DNA of 64,000 bases, taken from assembly GCA_963789265.1 (NCBI GenBank), contig CAWBKB010000003.1, positions 992,001 through 1,056,000 of the forward strand. Direction: 5' to 3'. The notes under the pieces were generated by a model. It searched no databases, had not been told where the DNA came from, and worked only from the letters and a program-made list of their open reading frames with translations. Shown here piece after piece: positions 51,175 through 63,354 of this stretch (its first letter is position 1; every line of letters begins with the position of its first letter). Origin of the DNA: an uncultured delta proteobacterium (lineage in GTDB: Bacteria; Desulfobacterota; Desulfomonilia; Desulfomonilales; Desulfomonilaceae). The position numbers and the translations under genes were made by a program.

Positions 51175-53166
51175 ACACCACTCCTCACGATCTCCAGCAG
51201 TATGTCCGCTCTGAGGTCTTTGATTCTGAAGTAGTCTGCGTGCAGGACTTCCGCAAGCCTTGCCGAAAATCCGTATCGAAAGCCACCGTCACCTTCGGCG
51301 TCAACTACAATGGATTTGATGCGCTTCTGGGAGGCAAACTCTTTCGCGGCGTTGAGCGCCTCCCAGAACGGGTCCCCTTTTCCCATGCTTTCATTGGCCT
51401 TTCCATCGGTGATCATGATTAAGATCGACCGACACGCAGGATCTTTGAGCAGAACCTGGCGCAACACTTCTCGGCCCTTACGAAGGCCCGCTGCCAGTGG
51501 TGTTTTGCCTCCCACCGGGAGTTTCTTTCAACAGCTTTCCGGCCCGATAGATTGAGGATGTAGGAGGCAGGTTCACAACGGCCTCTTGCTTCCGAAACGA
51601 CACCATTGCCACGCGATCCCGCTTCTGATAGGCATCCTTCAGCAGCGACATAATCGCGCCTTTGGACGCTACCATGCGGCCTCTGGCGCCCATCGATCCA
51701 CTGGCATCCACAATGAAAAGCAGGAAGTTGCCTGTTCGCGTTTCTCGAAGCTTTTCCCGGATGTCCTCAACCCTGATCTCCACAAAGAGGTCGCTTTCAG
51801 CCTTTCTTCCCAACTGATGGGGCGCTGCTGCCCGAATTGTTGCATCCAGTGCAATATCATTGTTATATCTCTGCGCAGTACTTCTGACGTACTTGCCTCT
51901 CTTGCATCTAGTCCGCGTCCGAGATCGCCTGCCCGATCCATTCCGGAAAAGTTTGTCACGACGGTGGCCAATCTCCTTCACCTCGAACGTCGGCCCAATG
52001 TCAAAGATTGCTTCGGGACTGTCAGAGCGCTGGATCGGCCTCCGAGCAGCCCCCACGTTTATCTCTTGTGAGACTGCTCGTCGCGTCGGAGCATGGACCG
52101 GCTCTCCCTCAGAATACTCAGCAGGGTAACCGTGCCGCCGCGTTGCGTTACCTTCACTATTGTACACGGAAGTGACCGGTGAAAGATCCTCTGGAGGGGC
52201 TAATTTACGCGATCGGTGTGGGATAGCCATCGCGGCTGCATGCCGAACATCTTCCGATGTTGCCTCATCGCGCCCTTCAAACGCGGCTAAAGCCCTGGCG
52301 GCATGCGCTATGACTAGGTCGGCCCTGTGGCCTGCCACATTGTGATGAACGCAGATGTCGGCGATTAATCTGTCGAGGCTCCTCGGAAAGCCGATGCCCG
52401 GCAATATATCCATCGCCTCGGATATGCGCTGCCGCAAAAGGTTATCCTCTCTCTCGAACCGCTTGCAGAACGCCTCCGGTTCCCGGTCAAACGCGTCTCT
52501 TCGCCGAATGACTTCCACTCTCGAATCCACATCATCCTGGCCATGAACCTGGACGCACAATCCGAAACGATCCAACAACTGGGGTCTTAGCTCACCTTCT
52601 TCCGGATTCATCGTTCCCACCAGTATGAAACGGGCGGGGTGGCGATGCGCTATGCCCTCCCGCTCAACCACGTTTTCTCCCGAAGCGGATACATCTAAAA
52701 TTACGTCAACAAGGTGATCCGAGAGCAGATTCACTTCATCTATGTACAAAATGCCTCGGTTGGCCCGAGCTACAAGCCCGGGCTGGAACGTTCTGACGCC
52801 GTTAGTTATCGACGCAGAGAAGTCTAAGCCACCGACAACCATTTCCTCTGTGGCATTGAGAGGAAGCTCCACGACCCGCACCTTTCGTCTCCCGGCGGTG
52901 ACGCGGTTGCCGCGACAAGAGTCACACAAATCTTCAACTTTCATGGGATTGCATGAGAACGGGCAATCGGTCCCGACCACTATTTCGGGAAGGATGCGCG
53001 CCAGAGCTCTGACTGCCGTCGATTTCGCGGTTCCCCTTTCTCCTCTGATCAAGAGGCCGCCGACACTCGGGTTGATCACATTGAGTATCAACGCGAGTTT
53101 CATTGCATCCTGCCCCACTATGGCCGAAAAAGGATATGTATGTTGGCAGCGACAGGAACCGATCAA
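51171..53166 (-). CDS. BchD/ChlD-like AAA+ plus vWA protein; frameshift near 51523
   Basis: AAA+ motifs as in the neighbour; DATIRAAAP; MIDAS VDASGSM; removing one A gives ELPVGGKTPLA...ITDGKAN. Confidence 0.87.
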
Positions 53167-53231
53167 TTGCTTGTCTCGTAAACTTCGAACTTGGCTTCCA
53201 TGCTCGTAATCCCTCGGTCAAGGCGGGTCGC

Positions 53232-54092
53232 CTATACTTTTGGCTCTTTCCACCACGGGTAGAAGTCGGGCATGTCAGTTGTGGGGCTCATTGTGAAATG
53301 CGGGGCCCGCTTTTCCAAAAAGCTCTGAACTCCTTCACGAGAATCTTCCCGGCAACCGCACCAGTAAAAGCACCGCGAGTCGATAAGATGCGCGGACTGG
53401 GGATCTTTCTCAGAGAGTCCATGCCAGAGCATAGCCTTGCTCAGCGCGACCGAAACAGCAGAGGTATTTTCCGCGATCTCTTGTGCGATTGCCAGCGCCT
53501 TTGGCAACACTTCTTCGCGAGGGAGTACGTAGTTGAACAGTCCGGAAGCTGCCTCTTCCTCAGCTCGAAATATTCGGCCTGTGTATACAAGTTCAGCGGC
53601 TCGAGTAATGCCGACTATACGCGGGAGAAACCAGGACGAGCAGGCTTCGGGGACTACTCCACGCCGCGCAAAGACAAACCCGATCTTGGCATCCGCGGAG
53701 ACGATCCGTATATCCATGGGCAGCGTCATGGTAATTCCGATTCCGACGGCATGCCCGTTGATTGCCGCGATAACGGGTTTTCGGCAGTTGAAAATTGCCA
53801 GGGCCACTTTGCCTCCTCGGTCCCTGTGCTCACCTATTCGAATGTGGCTGCCGCCCAATTCCGATCTATCGAATGCGGAAGGACCGTCAGAAAGATCGGC
53901 CCCCGCGCAGAAAGCTTTGCCGGCCCCGGTGACCACGATTGCCCGTACAGCGTCGTCTCGATCCACTTCGGCAAAGATCTCCAGCAGCTCTCGGGCCATG
54001 ATTGGTGTAAATGCATTCATCTGCTCGGGACGGTAAAGTGTTACGGTGGCAACACCATTGACAATTTCGAATCGAGTATGCGTCAAATCCAA
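53232..54092 (-). CDS. Enoyl-CoA hydratase/isomerase (crotonase) family protein
   Basis: AFCAGADL, KPVIAAINGHAVGIG, GVVPEACSSWFLPR, EGVQSFLEKR. Confidence 0.92.
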   Translation of the reverse strand: MDLTHTRFEIVNGVATVTLYRPEQMNAFTPIMARELLEIFAEVDRDDAVRAIVVTGAGKAFCAGADLSDGPSAFDRSELGGSHIRIGEHRDRGGKVALAIFNCRKPVIAAINGHAVGIGITMTLPMDIRIVSADAKIGFVFARRGVVPEACSSWFLPRIVGITRAAELVYTGRIFRAEEEAASGLFNYVLPREEVLPKALAIAQEIAENTSAVSVALSKAMLWHGLSEKDPQSAHLIDSRCFYWCGCREDSREGVQSFLEKRAPHFTMSPTTDMPDFYPWWKEPKV

Positions 54093-54416
54093 TTCTTTTT
54101 ACCTCGGCTTTCTTTGGCGATCGTTTTGAGGGGTGTTTGATATTGTAGCATGAGACTCACCGCCCTTAAGAGGCTTCCAGCTCACCGATCAGTGTAACAT
54201 AACCCGCCGCACCATGAGAGGTACTCGAACCATAGTTCTTTCAGTACTTCTTTGCACAACACCAAAGCCTAAGGAGTCCGGAAACTCATGGCCTGATAAA
54301 AAGATACGTGCTATGGATGGGTTTGGCATAGTCTGGCCCTGGAACAACCATAGCCCTGCGCTGCGTGCCAAGTCTTTCCACGAGAAGCATTCCACCACTT
54401 TTTCGGGGACATTCTT

Positions 54417-57400
54417 ATGAATTTTGATGTGACGCTAACCGCTAGAGATGTACAGGAACTCTCGAATTCAGATGCGGTCACGGCCTTCTTTGCACGTTTG
54501 GGATGGCGCACCGACGTCCGAATCGAGCAGAGTCCCGGCAACCTGGGCATCACGGCTGAAGGAACAGTGAAACCCATCAAGAAGATCGAACTCATCGCCG
54601 ATCAGGATGGGGCTCTTCAGGTCTATATTTTTGAGTTGGCGAGCGTCACGATTGCAAATAGACGAGCCATTGTTCGAGCCTTCCGTGAAAGGGCGGGAAA
54701 TTACCTTCTCGTTTTCACGAGCGCATACGACCGACTTGATTTCATCTTGGTTGAAAAATATCTTCCGTCCCGACCTGCCGGGCGCACCATTGGGGTGGTC
54801 TCTGTGGGAGTTCGCCCCCGACCCCTAAGCGTGGACAGGCGAAAGCCCACAACAGTTAATTTGCGAGTGCTGAGACGGTTTAGCTACACCGAAAGCGATC
54901 CCTATGCTCAGTATGACAAGCTGTTGTCGGCATATTCTATCGCGGACTGGTCTGAAGAGCATTTCAATAATCGAGCACTCTTTTCCGACTATTATCTCAC
55001 GGAACGGCTTCCCGGTTTGCCTGTATGGCAAGAAGACCCCAAGCCCGCTTACATGTCGCTCTCCAAGACCTATCGAGGGGCTTCGGCCCAGCTCGCCAAT
55101 AATACTGTGGGGACTCTTCAAGCAGACCTGTTTGAGCCCGCTGCTGACATTCTGGGTTTCCATTACAAGAAAGTCCATCATCGAAAGCCGGGAGAGGCGA
55201 AGCCAAGCTACGAACTTTACTATGAAGATGGTGAGGAAAAGCCTGTTGCCACGGCCCTTGTCTATCCGTGGGGACGGTATCTGGACGGCAAAGATTACAC
55301 CCGTGACGCTGACACCGCGGACGAGAATCCCGGAGCTATCGTAGTAAGTCTGCTTGAAAAAGGAGAAGCGCCGTGGGCAATCGTCACCAATGGGAGAATC
55401 TGGCGTCTCTATTCGGCGAAGGCTCATTCGAGAGCCACCAATTACTATGAAATTGATGTTGAGGAGTTGCTCTCGCAGGACACGAGCGAATTTTCCGATC
55501 CGGCAACAGCCTTCCGCTACTTCTGGCTGCTGTTCAGGAGCCAATCATTCGTCGGCAAGGCCCAGTATAGGGAAGGCCGTGAGGTTGTCGCGTCCTTTCT
55601 GGATCGACTTTTCAGCGACAGCGAAGATTATGCCACAGAACTTGGAGAGCGGTTAAAGGGTCGAGTCTTCGACGACATCTTCCCGCATATCTCCGAGGGG
55701 TTCATTTCATTAATTCGGAAGAGAGACGGCGTTCAGGCCGATCTGTCGCAGGAAGCCTTGGACGAAGTGTTCCAAGGCACTCTGGCCCTTTTGTACCGCA
55801 TCCTATTTCTGCTTTACGCTGAGGCACGCGACCTGTTGCCGGTCAAGGAAGTCCGCGGCTATTACGAATTGAGTCTAAAGAAGATCAAGGAAGAAGTGGC
55901 CGACATCGCGGGGAAAATCGAGGACGAAGCTGGACAAAAGCTGAAAAAAGGGTTCCGCGATGACGAATATGGTCTCTACGAGCGCCTCACGACACTGTTC
56001 AAGGTTTCTGGACAGCGGTGATGCAGCCCTGAACGTGCCTTTTTACAACGGAGGACTCTTTCTGTCGAATCCTGAAGAGGGCGACGAGACCCCGGAAGCT
56101 GTGAATGCCCGATTCCTGAACTCTACCAAACTGGCGGATAGGTATCTCGCCAGAGCCATTGACCTCCTGGCGCGAGATGTGGACACGAAGACTCAGGCGC
56201 TCGCATTCATTGATTATAAGTCGTTGGGCGTCAGACAACTCGGTTCCATCTACGAAGGGCTATTGGAGTTCAAGCTTCGGATCGCACCTGAGAAGATGGT
56301 GATCGTTAAGGGCAAGAAGACAGAAGAGATTATTCCGTACCGAGAAGCGAACAAAGAAAAGCGCAAGATTTTGACCAATGGCCGAGGGAAGAGTGCGGAA
56401 GAACGCGTCTGGCCTAAAGGAAAGGTCTACCTCGAAAATGACAAACGTGAGCGCAAGGCAACCGGCTCGTACTATCCCCCAACCACATCGTCAAGTACAT
56501 AGTTGAAAATGCTGTGGGACTTGTCCTGAAAGGGAAGTTCGAGGCGTTGCACGCGAAGCTAAGGAAAGCCCAGGCTGACAGGAAGGCTTTCTTTGACAGG
56601 CAAAAGGCTTTTGCCAAATCCGGGATGAAACCGGAACCGAAAAGCAAGGCTGATTTGATCGGCCAAGAAGTGGTTGACGAACTCTTCGATGTGAAGGTGC
56701 TCGACCCCGCGATGGGTTCCGGTCATTTCCTGGTTGAAGCCGTGGACTTCATTACTGACAAGGCACTGGATTTTCTCAACGGTTTCCCGTGGAATCCGGT
56801 CTCAGTGCATCTTGAAAAGATGCGCCTGGAAATATTGAAGGAAATGGATGACCTGGGCATCACGATAGATGCCAACCGCCTCTCCGATGTGAATCTCCTC
56901 AAAAGGCACGTCCTCAAGCGCTGCATTTATGGGGTCGATCTCAATCCTATGGCCGTCGAACTTGCCAAGGTGTCATTGTGGCTCGATTGCTTTACACTTG
57001 GGGCTCCCCTTTCTTTTCTGGATCACCATATCAAATGTGGGAACTCGCTTATCGGGGTGACGGTGGACGAGTCCGCGAAGCAGTGGAAGGCGGTCAAGAG
57101 GTGTTGTGGGGCTCACAGTTCACGCACCTAAAGTTGGCCGCCGAAAGCATGCGGGAGGTGGGTGATCTGTCAGACCTCACGAGCAAACAAGTGAAGCAGT
57201 CTCGAAAGAAGTTCCTTGAAGCATCTGACTTGCTTGCGCCGTACAAAAGAATTTTGGACATCTACACGAGTCAATGGTTCGGTAATAAACCAGTAAAGAC
57301 ACGGAAAGGAAAGAAAGGAGTTTTTCAGAATCCTAGCGTGGACTTTCTCAAAAGCGACGAGGCCCATACCTACATTCAACAGCGGCAGTCAAGACAACTG

Positions 57401-58837
57401 AGCGCCTATGGAAAGAAACTGGTGGCGACAGCCACCAATGCTCAGGCGCAAAAGCGGTTTTTTCATTGGGAATTGGAATTCCCTGAAATCTTTTTTGAGA
57501 AAGGCATGAGAAAACCAAGGGCTGGATTTGATGTTGTGGTTGGAAATCCGCCGTACGTGCGACAAGAAGGTCTTGGTGAGGACAAAGAATTTCTTATGTG
57601 TTCGCACTCACCCGTATATTCTGGCACAGCAGACCTCTATGTGTACTTTTATCACCTGGGCCTGGCGGTCTGTCGAGATGACGGCTTCTTTGGAATGATT
57701 ACCTCCAACAAGTTCCTCCGAGCAGCGTACGGTAAGTCCCTAAGGCAATATCTTGCGAAACACCAAATTTTCCAAATCATAGATTTTCGTGACTTACCGG
57801 TTTTTGAGGATGCAACGTCCTATCCCCTAATTTTGTTATTGAAAAAATCGCCAGCTCAGGAATCGTCAGTTGTAGGCGTTTATCCAGTTGAATCCATCAA
57901 CCAAATAGAGCACTTATCTGACGCATTTGCGCAAGGGGCAACCCCACTGCAGTCCGGGCGATTAAGAGGCGACCAATGGCTACTTCAGGGATCAGAGGTG
58001 AGCGATTTATGCGAGAAAATAAGAAATAGTGGGCGCCCCTTGACCGAAATCGTCAAGGGTCAGTTTTTCCGTGGCATAGTGAAAGGATTTAATAAGGCTT
58101 TCCTAATTGACGAACAGACCAGATCTGAACTCTTGGAGGAAGATGCCAGGAGCGACGAAATAATCAAGCCTTTCTTACGTGGACGGGACATAAAGCGGTA
58201 CGCATTAAACTTTACGGGACACTATTTGATATTTACAAGACGCGGCATCAACATCGACAGGTACCCGGCAGTAAAGAGACATCTGGCACAATGGAGAGAG
58301 AAGTTGACTCCAAAGAAAGATGAAAGCGATGCAGGCCCAGGACGTAAGCCTGGCCCTTACAAATGGTATGAAATTCAAGATGCAATCGCATATCATGAGG
58401 AGTTCTTAAGCCCCAAAATTGTTTGGCCTGATATATCACCCTCGTGCAATTTCGCCTATGATGAATCGGGGCATTTCGTGGGTGACACGGGAAACATCAT
58501 GGTCACAAATGATCTTACTCTCTTGGCGTTACTAAACAGCAAAATAATAGAATTCTATTATCGGCACTCGGCGGCTCAAGTGCGGGGCGGGTATCTCAGA
58601 TTCAAGTCAGTTTATATGCAGGCTTTGCCCATTGTGGAGCTTCCACACTCAGACCGAAAAAGTCTTGAGGATGCAATTCGCAACCTATTCTCGGCTTCCG
58701 ATGATGCTGTCGCCGTCGAACAACTGGAACACAAGATAAATGAGCTTGTCTGCCATGCCTACGGAATGACGCATCGCGAAATCTCTACCGTGGAGGAATT
58801 CATCAGCCTGGGAAACAAGAACTGCCACTGTTCATGA
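54417..58837 (+). CDS. Type IIG (Eco57I-like) fused restriction endonuclease/adenine methyltransferase with TaqI-like TRD; apparent frameshifts at ~56006, ~56477 and ~57070
   Basis: VTNGRIWRLY, LYRILFLLYAEAR, YNGGLF, LGSIYEGLLE, RKATGSYY(T)P, VLDPAMGSGHFL, FFHWELEFPE, VGNPPY, PKIVWPDI are colinear over four ORFs. Confidence 0.85.
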
Positions 58838-58934
58838 CATTGGCCCAAAGCGCATAAATATCTGAGATGAGTAGGTCAAATCGCCCGAAGGGGGTACTAT
58901 CCCAGACAAAAACAGCGATTGGTGAGGAAACTTC

Positions 58935-59207
58935 ATGTTAGTTCCCTACGTCATAGACAATCAAACCCACAAGATGAGAAACGTGCTGGCCTCGCTTCTG
59001 AAAGAGCACGAGGGCCGATGCCTGGACATAGCCACAGCCTATTTCAATGTCGGGGTTTGAAGATTCAGCGATCGGCCCCAACGCCGCAAGCTTGCTCCAA
59101 GGAGCCAGCCCATACAAGATGCCATTGACGCGGTATTGTTCAAGCGTTACGGGTTGTCGAATGATGATGCCGAGTACGTCAAGAAGCGCCTTAAGGAGAT
59201 GCTGTGA
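58935..59207 (+). pseudogene. Fused remnants: N-terminus of a PLD/SNF2-type helicase gene (58935-59060) and C-terminal tail of a second methyltransferase-like gene (to 59207)
   Basis: MLVPYVIDNQTHKMRNVLASLLKEHEGRCLDIATAYFNVG* with GAGG RBS; another frame gives IQDAIDAVLFKRYGLSNDDAEYVKKRLKEML*. Confidence 0.55.
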
Positions 59208-59218
59208 ATTGCCCGAAC

Positions 59219-59276
59219 GTAGGGGCGGGTTTCAAACCCGCCCAAAAATCTGGGCAGGTTTGAAACCTGCCCCTAC
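59219..59276. repeat. Inverted pair of GTAG-type REP sequences (REPIN)
   Basis: GTAGGGGCGGGTTTCAAACCCGCCC-8 nt-GGGCAGGTTTGAAACCTGCCCCTAC; a second pair lies inside the RAYT gene at 59573-59631. Confidence 0.88.
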
Positions 59277-59284
59277 AACGATGG

Positions 59285-59857
59285 TTGTGCATGATATACG
59301 ATCCTGAAAAACATCTGAGACGCTCGATACGTCTGAAAGGATACGACTATTCCACGGCTGGAGCATATTTTGTTACTGTCTGCACGTACCGGCGGGAATG
59401 TTTCCTTGGCGAAATCGCAGACGGGCAAATGCGGTTGAGTGATGCTGGACGAATGGTCCACTTGATTTGGGAGCAGTTGCCCGATCATTATCCTTATATT
59501 AAATTGGACGCCTTTGTAATTATGCCCAATCATGTACATGGGATAGTCATGTTAAACGATTCGACAGATGTGGTAGGGGCGGGTTTGAAACCCGCCCGAG
59601 ATGTGAGGGCAGGTCTCAAACCCGCCTCTACCGCCGGCGGAAAACGTCATGGTATCCCAGAAATCATCCGGGCATTCAAGACATTCGCATCTCGTCGCAT
59701 TAATGAATCTCGGGAAATGATGGGCGTGCCTACATGGCAACGCAACTATTACGAACATGTTGTCCGCAATGACAGGGCTCTCAACGCGATCCGAAATTAT
59801 ATAGAAGCAAACCCCTCGCAATGGGATAATGATCCCGAAAATCCTGAGCGTAACTGA
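59285..59857 (+). mobile_element. REP-associated tyrosine transposase (RAYT, Y1 HUH)
   Basis: RRSIRLKGYDY...AYFVT, IMPNHVHG (HUH), WQRNYYEHVVR, YIEANP. Confidence 0.92.
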
Positions 59858-59869
59858 TAGGGGGCAACG

Positions 59870-60163
59870 ATGACCAGCGATGAAATCCTAAAGAAACTGG
59901 AAGAAAACCGCGAAACCATCAGGTCTTTCGGAGTTCGCCGACTTGGGATATTTGGTTCGTACGCCCGCAGTGAACAAAGCGAGGCCAGTGATATGGACTT
60001 CCTTGTGGAGTTCGAGCGTCCCACCTTCAAGAACTATTTCGGTCTCAAATTCTTCTTGGAAAAACTCTTTGACTGTAAAGTAGACTTGGTCTTCCATGAC
60101 ACCATCAAGCCGCGAATTCGCAACACGATTCTGGAGGAAACAGTCTATGCCGAGGGACTATAG
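59870..60163 (+). CDS. MNT antitoxin
   Basis: GIFGSYARSEQSEASDMDFLVEF, VDLV. Confidence 0.88.
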   Translation: MTSDEILKKLEENRETIRSFGVRRLGIFGSYARSEQSEASDMDFLVEFERPTFKNYFGLKFFLEKLFDCKVDLVFHDTIKPRIRNTILEETVYAEGL

Positions 60164-60488
60164 GCTCTATATGGATGATATTCTCGAATCCTGCCGAAAG
60201 ATCCGCCAGTTCACGGAGGGAGTGTCTTTCCAGGAATTTGAACAAAACATCATGATGCAAGATGCAGTCATGAGAAATTTCGAGATAATCGGCGAAGCGG
60301 TCAATCACTTGCCGGACGAAATCAAATCTCTCTATCATGATACTGAATTGGCCGAAATCGTCGGATTTCGCAATATATTGGCTCACGGGTATTTCGTCAT
60401 TAAATTGGAAACCGTCTGGTCGGCAATCGAAGAGGGGTTGCCCAGTCTAGAACAGCAGACTAAGGCACTTCTCGGAGAGGAGTCTTGA
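60147..60488 (+). CDS. HEPN/DUF86 RNase toxin
   Basis: DAVMRNFEIIGEA and RNILAHGY (R-x4-H); overlaps the MNT gene. Confidence 0.88.
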   Translation: MPRDYRLYMDDILESCRKIRQFTEGVSFQEFEQNIMMQDAVMRNFEIIGEAVNHLPDEIKSLYHDTELAEIVGFRNILAHGYFVIKLETVWSAIEEGLPSLEQQTKALLGEES

Positions 60489-60545
60489 TGTTCATGCCTC
60501 ACGTCGTGGACGATCAGACCACACCCGATTGGGAAGCAGGCAGCA

Positions 60546-61005
60546 TCAAAAATCAAAGAGTCCCATTTCTTTATATGCGTCACGCCACTCCGGAGAAAAG
60601 CAAGCATCCAGCATGGGCGCCAACCGTTTCATAGTGTGGACCCAGGTCGATTCTCCCTTTTCGAGGAGCTGGAATAGTTCTTCTAAGAGCTTGTCGAGCT
60701 TATCAATATTCTCTTTTATGATGAAGGATCCCGCCCCGCGTAACATGGACTCCAAAACGTGTCCCGGGTCCAAGGCATGCGCGGTAAGCATTACAGCGGG
60801 AAAATTTCGTTCTACCGCGATATCCAGCAAATCCATGCCCCGGACGCCCATTATGTCAAGAATGACCATGTCGTACGTTTCGGTAACGAGCAGCCTCCTG
60901 GCCGCTTCAAAGCTTCCGGCTGTCTGGACATCATAGGAATCTAGAAACTTCCAGAATTGTTTCCAGGACATCCGGTTCGTCATCCACTGCCAGGATCTTT
61001 TTCAT
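60546..61005 (-). CDS. Single-domain response regulator; frameshift near 60947
   Basis: MKKILAVDDEPDVLETILEV|LDSYDV...ILDIMG...MLTAHA...FIIK. Confidence 0.82.
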
Positions 61006-61295
61006 GTCCGTCCGCGTCCTTTTGCAAGGAGTATGGTCTTCTTGCACCAGCTTAGCCCAAGAAGGACTTTTAGCACAATAAAGAAAATCACATCAAGCAG
61101 GTACAAAATCAGATGCGAGTCCTTTGCCGGATTGGGCCTAAGCCTCGCTGCACCCGGTAGGCCGAAACTATATTGCCATATATTGGGGCATCGTGTAAAA
61201 CTGATCGCAGTTTTGGACCGCGTCAAAGCACTCGGGACCGCGTGCTGTTCGCCCAGATTTTGCCGCCGTTGCAGTCTTGGAAACGGAGAGATCGC

Positions 61296-63260
61296 ATGTC
61301 TGAAGCTTCGGAACGGTATGACCCCCATCTGGATGAGTATCGTGAAACGGCCTATATAAAAAGCCCGGAAATGTACAGAGAACTCTACGAAAGATCATTG
61401 AATTCTCCCGAGATCTTCTGGGCTGAGCAGGCTGAAGGCTATCTTTCGTGGATCAAAAAGTGGGATGTTGTGGTCCGGTCTGACTTTGAAGAAGCAAGGA
61501 TCGAGTGGTTCCGTGGGGGGATACTCAACGCAGCTTATAATTGTGTGGATCGACATATCGAGAAACTTGGTCACAAGCCCGCTTACCACTGGGAGGGCGA
61601 GGAACCCGGCCGGGCTTTCAGCGTCACATATCGGCAGCTTTACGAAAAAGTAAATAAGTTCGCGGCTGTGCTGAAGTCCAGAGGGGTTGCACGCGGGGAC
61701 AGAGTGGTCATTTATATGCCGATGGTGCTTGAGCTGCCCATCGCCATGCTGGCGTGCGCCCGGATCGGCGCGGTCCACTGCGTAGTCTACTCGGGCTTCG
61801 GAGAATCAGCGCTTGCATATCGTATTCAAGACTGCCTTGCTAAGGCGGTGATCACCTCCGACGGAAGCTTTCGCGGCGGCAAACCGGTGCCGCTAAAATC
61901 TAAAGTTGATACAGCCCTCAAGAGCTGCAACTCGGTGGACGTGGTAATAGTCCTTAAGCACACTGACGAACCAATCCAACTGAGTGGCACTAGGGACATC
62001 TGGTGGCACGATGCGGTTGCCGATCCTGCTTTGCCTTCGCACGTCGATCCTGAACCCATGGGCGCAGAGGATCCACTCTTTATCTTGTATGCAAGCGGGC
62101 CTTCCGGAAAGCCAAAAGGGTTTGTCCATACTCACGGCGGGTACTTGCTCTACGCCTCGATGACATGTCGTCTAGTGTTCGATTTGAAGGACGAGGAAAC
62201 TTTTTGGATGACTGAGGACATAGGTTGGATGGCCGGGCACAGTTATGCAGTCTACGGACCACTGTTAAACGGCCTCACCTCTGTCATTTTCGAGGGTGTG
62301 CCCGGATATTCGGACCCCAACAGATTATGGGAAATCGTGGCCAAGCACAAGGTGGACAAATTCTGCACTCTGCCAAGCATTGTCCGATTCGTCGCCGAAC
62401 AGGCCCCAAACTCCGTGGATGGTCACGATATTACCTCACTCAAGCTGCTGGGGCTCATGCGCGAAATGGTTAGCCCGGAAACGTGGAAGTGGTTCTACGA
62501 ACGGGTGGGCAGAGGGCGGTGCCCCGTAGTGACTGTGTATTCTCAAGCTGAGGCAGGGGGAATTCTAATTGCGCCTTTTCCTGCTGCCGCGCCATTGAAA
62601 GCCGGCTGTTGCTCACTTCCTTTCTTCGGGGTGAAGCCGGTGATATTGGATCCCGGCACGGGGGAAGAAGCCAAGTTTCCCAATCAAGAAGGTGTGCTTT
62701 GTATCGACCGCGCTTGGCCGGGTATGGCCAGGACGATCTTCGGCGATCACGAGCGATTCCTGGAAGGCCATTTCAATCGAGTTCCGGGTCTGTTCTTCAC
62801 CGGCGACGGAGCCAAGCAGGACGAAGACCGCCAATATTGGATAATCGGCCGGGTCGACGATGTCATCAATTCGGCGGGGCATCGACTGGGAATACCCGAA
62901 CTGGAGTCGATAATTATTCAGCACGAAAAGGTGGCTGAGGTTGCGGTAGTCGGCTATCCACACCCCATGAAAGGCAGGGGGGTGTATGCGTTCGTGCACC
63001 TTCGGGATCAAGCGGATCAGTCCGCAGAACTCAAAGGTGAGCTTGTGGACCTGGTACGCGACACGGTCGCAGACTTCGCGGAAATCGATTTTATACAGTG
63101 GGTTAACACTTTGCCACGGACTCCCAGCGGTAAGATCCTCAGGGTAATCCTTCAAAAGATCGCGGCAGGCGATGTTTCGAGCCTGAAAGATTTTTCCGCC
63201 ATTGCCGATCCCACGGTTGTCGAGAGCCTTGTTAAGGGCCGGTTAGAGCTGGGCTCATAG
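61296..63260 (+). CDS. acs: Acetyl-CoA synthetase homologue with degenerate adenylation motifs
   Basis: Acs architecture ([41 protein letters not shown]) but [17 protein letters not shown] and VYSQAEAGG differ from consensus. Confidence 0.85.
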   Translation: MSEASERYDPHLDEYRETAYIKSPEMYRELYERSLNSPEIFWAEQAEGYLSWIKKWDVVVRSDFEEARIEWFRGGILNAAYNCVDRHIEKLGHKPAYHWEGEEPGRAFSVTYRQLYEKVNKFAAVLKSRGVARGDRVVIYMPMVLELPIAMLACARIGAVHCVVYSGFGESALAYRIQDCLAKAVITSDGSFRGGKPVPLKSKVDTALKSCNSVDVVIVLKHTDEPIQLSGTRDIWWHDAVADPALPSHVDPEPMGAEDPLFILYASGPSGKPKGFVHTHGGYLLYASMTCRLVFDLKDEETFWMTEDIGWMAGHSYAVYGPLLNGLTSVIFEGVPGYSDPNRLWEIVAKHKVDKFCTLPSIVRFVAEQAPNSVDGHDITSLKLLGLMREMVSPETWKWFYERVGRGRCPVVTVYSQAEAGGILIAPFPAAAPLKAGCCSLPFFGVKPVILDPGTGEEAKFPNQEGVLCIDRAWPGMARTIFGDHERFLEGHFNRVPGLFFTGDGAKQDEDRQYWIIGRVDDVINSAGHRLGIPELESIIIQHEKVAEVAVVGYPHPMKGRGVYAFVHLRDQADQSAELKGELVDLVRDTVADFAEIDFIQWVNTLPRTPSGKILRVILQKIAAGDVSSLKDFSAIADPTVVESLVKGRLELGS

Positions 63261-63354
63261 CGTTACAATCCAGCCGGCGGTTCAGCGCGGCAGAAAGTAT
63301 TATTGGCTTTGGTGCATCGCGGAACTATCTTTTTAGGCCGGCGCGCCACGAAAG

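Noticed and set aside
50116..53166. Photosynthetic Mg-chelatase
   Set aside because: No bchH or other photosynthesis genes; BchI/D-like pairs are widespread in non-phototrophs.
53103..54140. 345-aa plus-strand ORF and similar long antisense ORFs (e.g. 3104-3871, 54825-55544)
   Set aside because: They are shadows of well-supported genes on the opposite strand and show no recognisable motifs.
55990..57080. Phase variation or programmed frameshifting in the type IIG gene
   Set aside because: No long simple-sequence tract or clear slippery site; the same indel type occurs across the window.
54417..59207. Complete BREX or DISARM system
   Set aside because: No PglZ, BrxC or DrmA/B-like genes; only one RM gene and short remnants are present.
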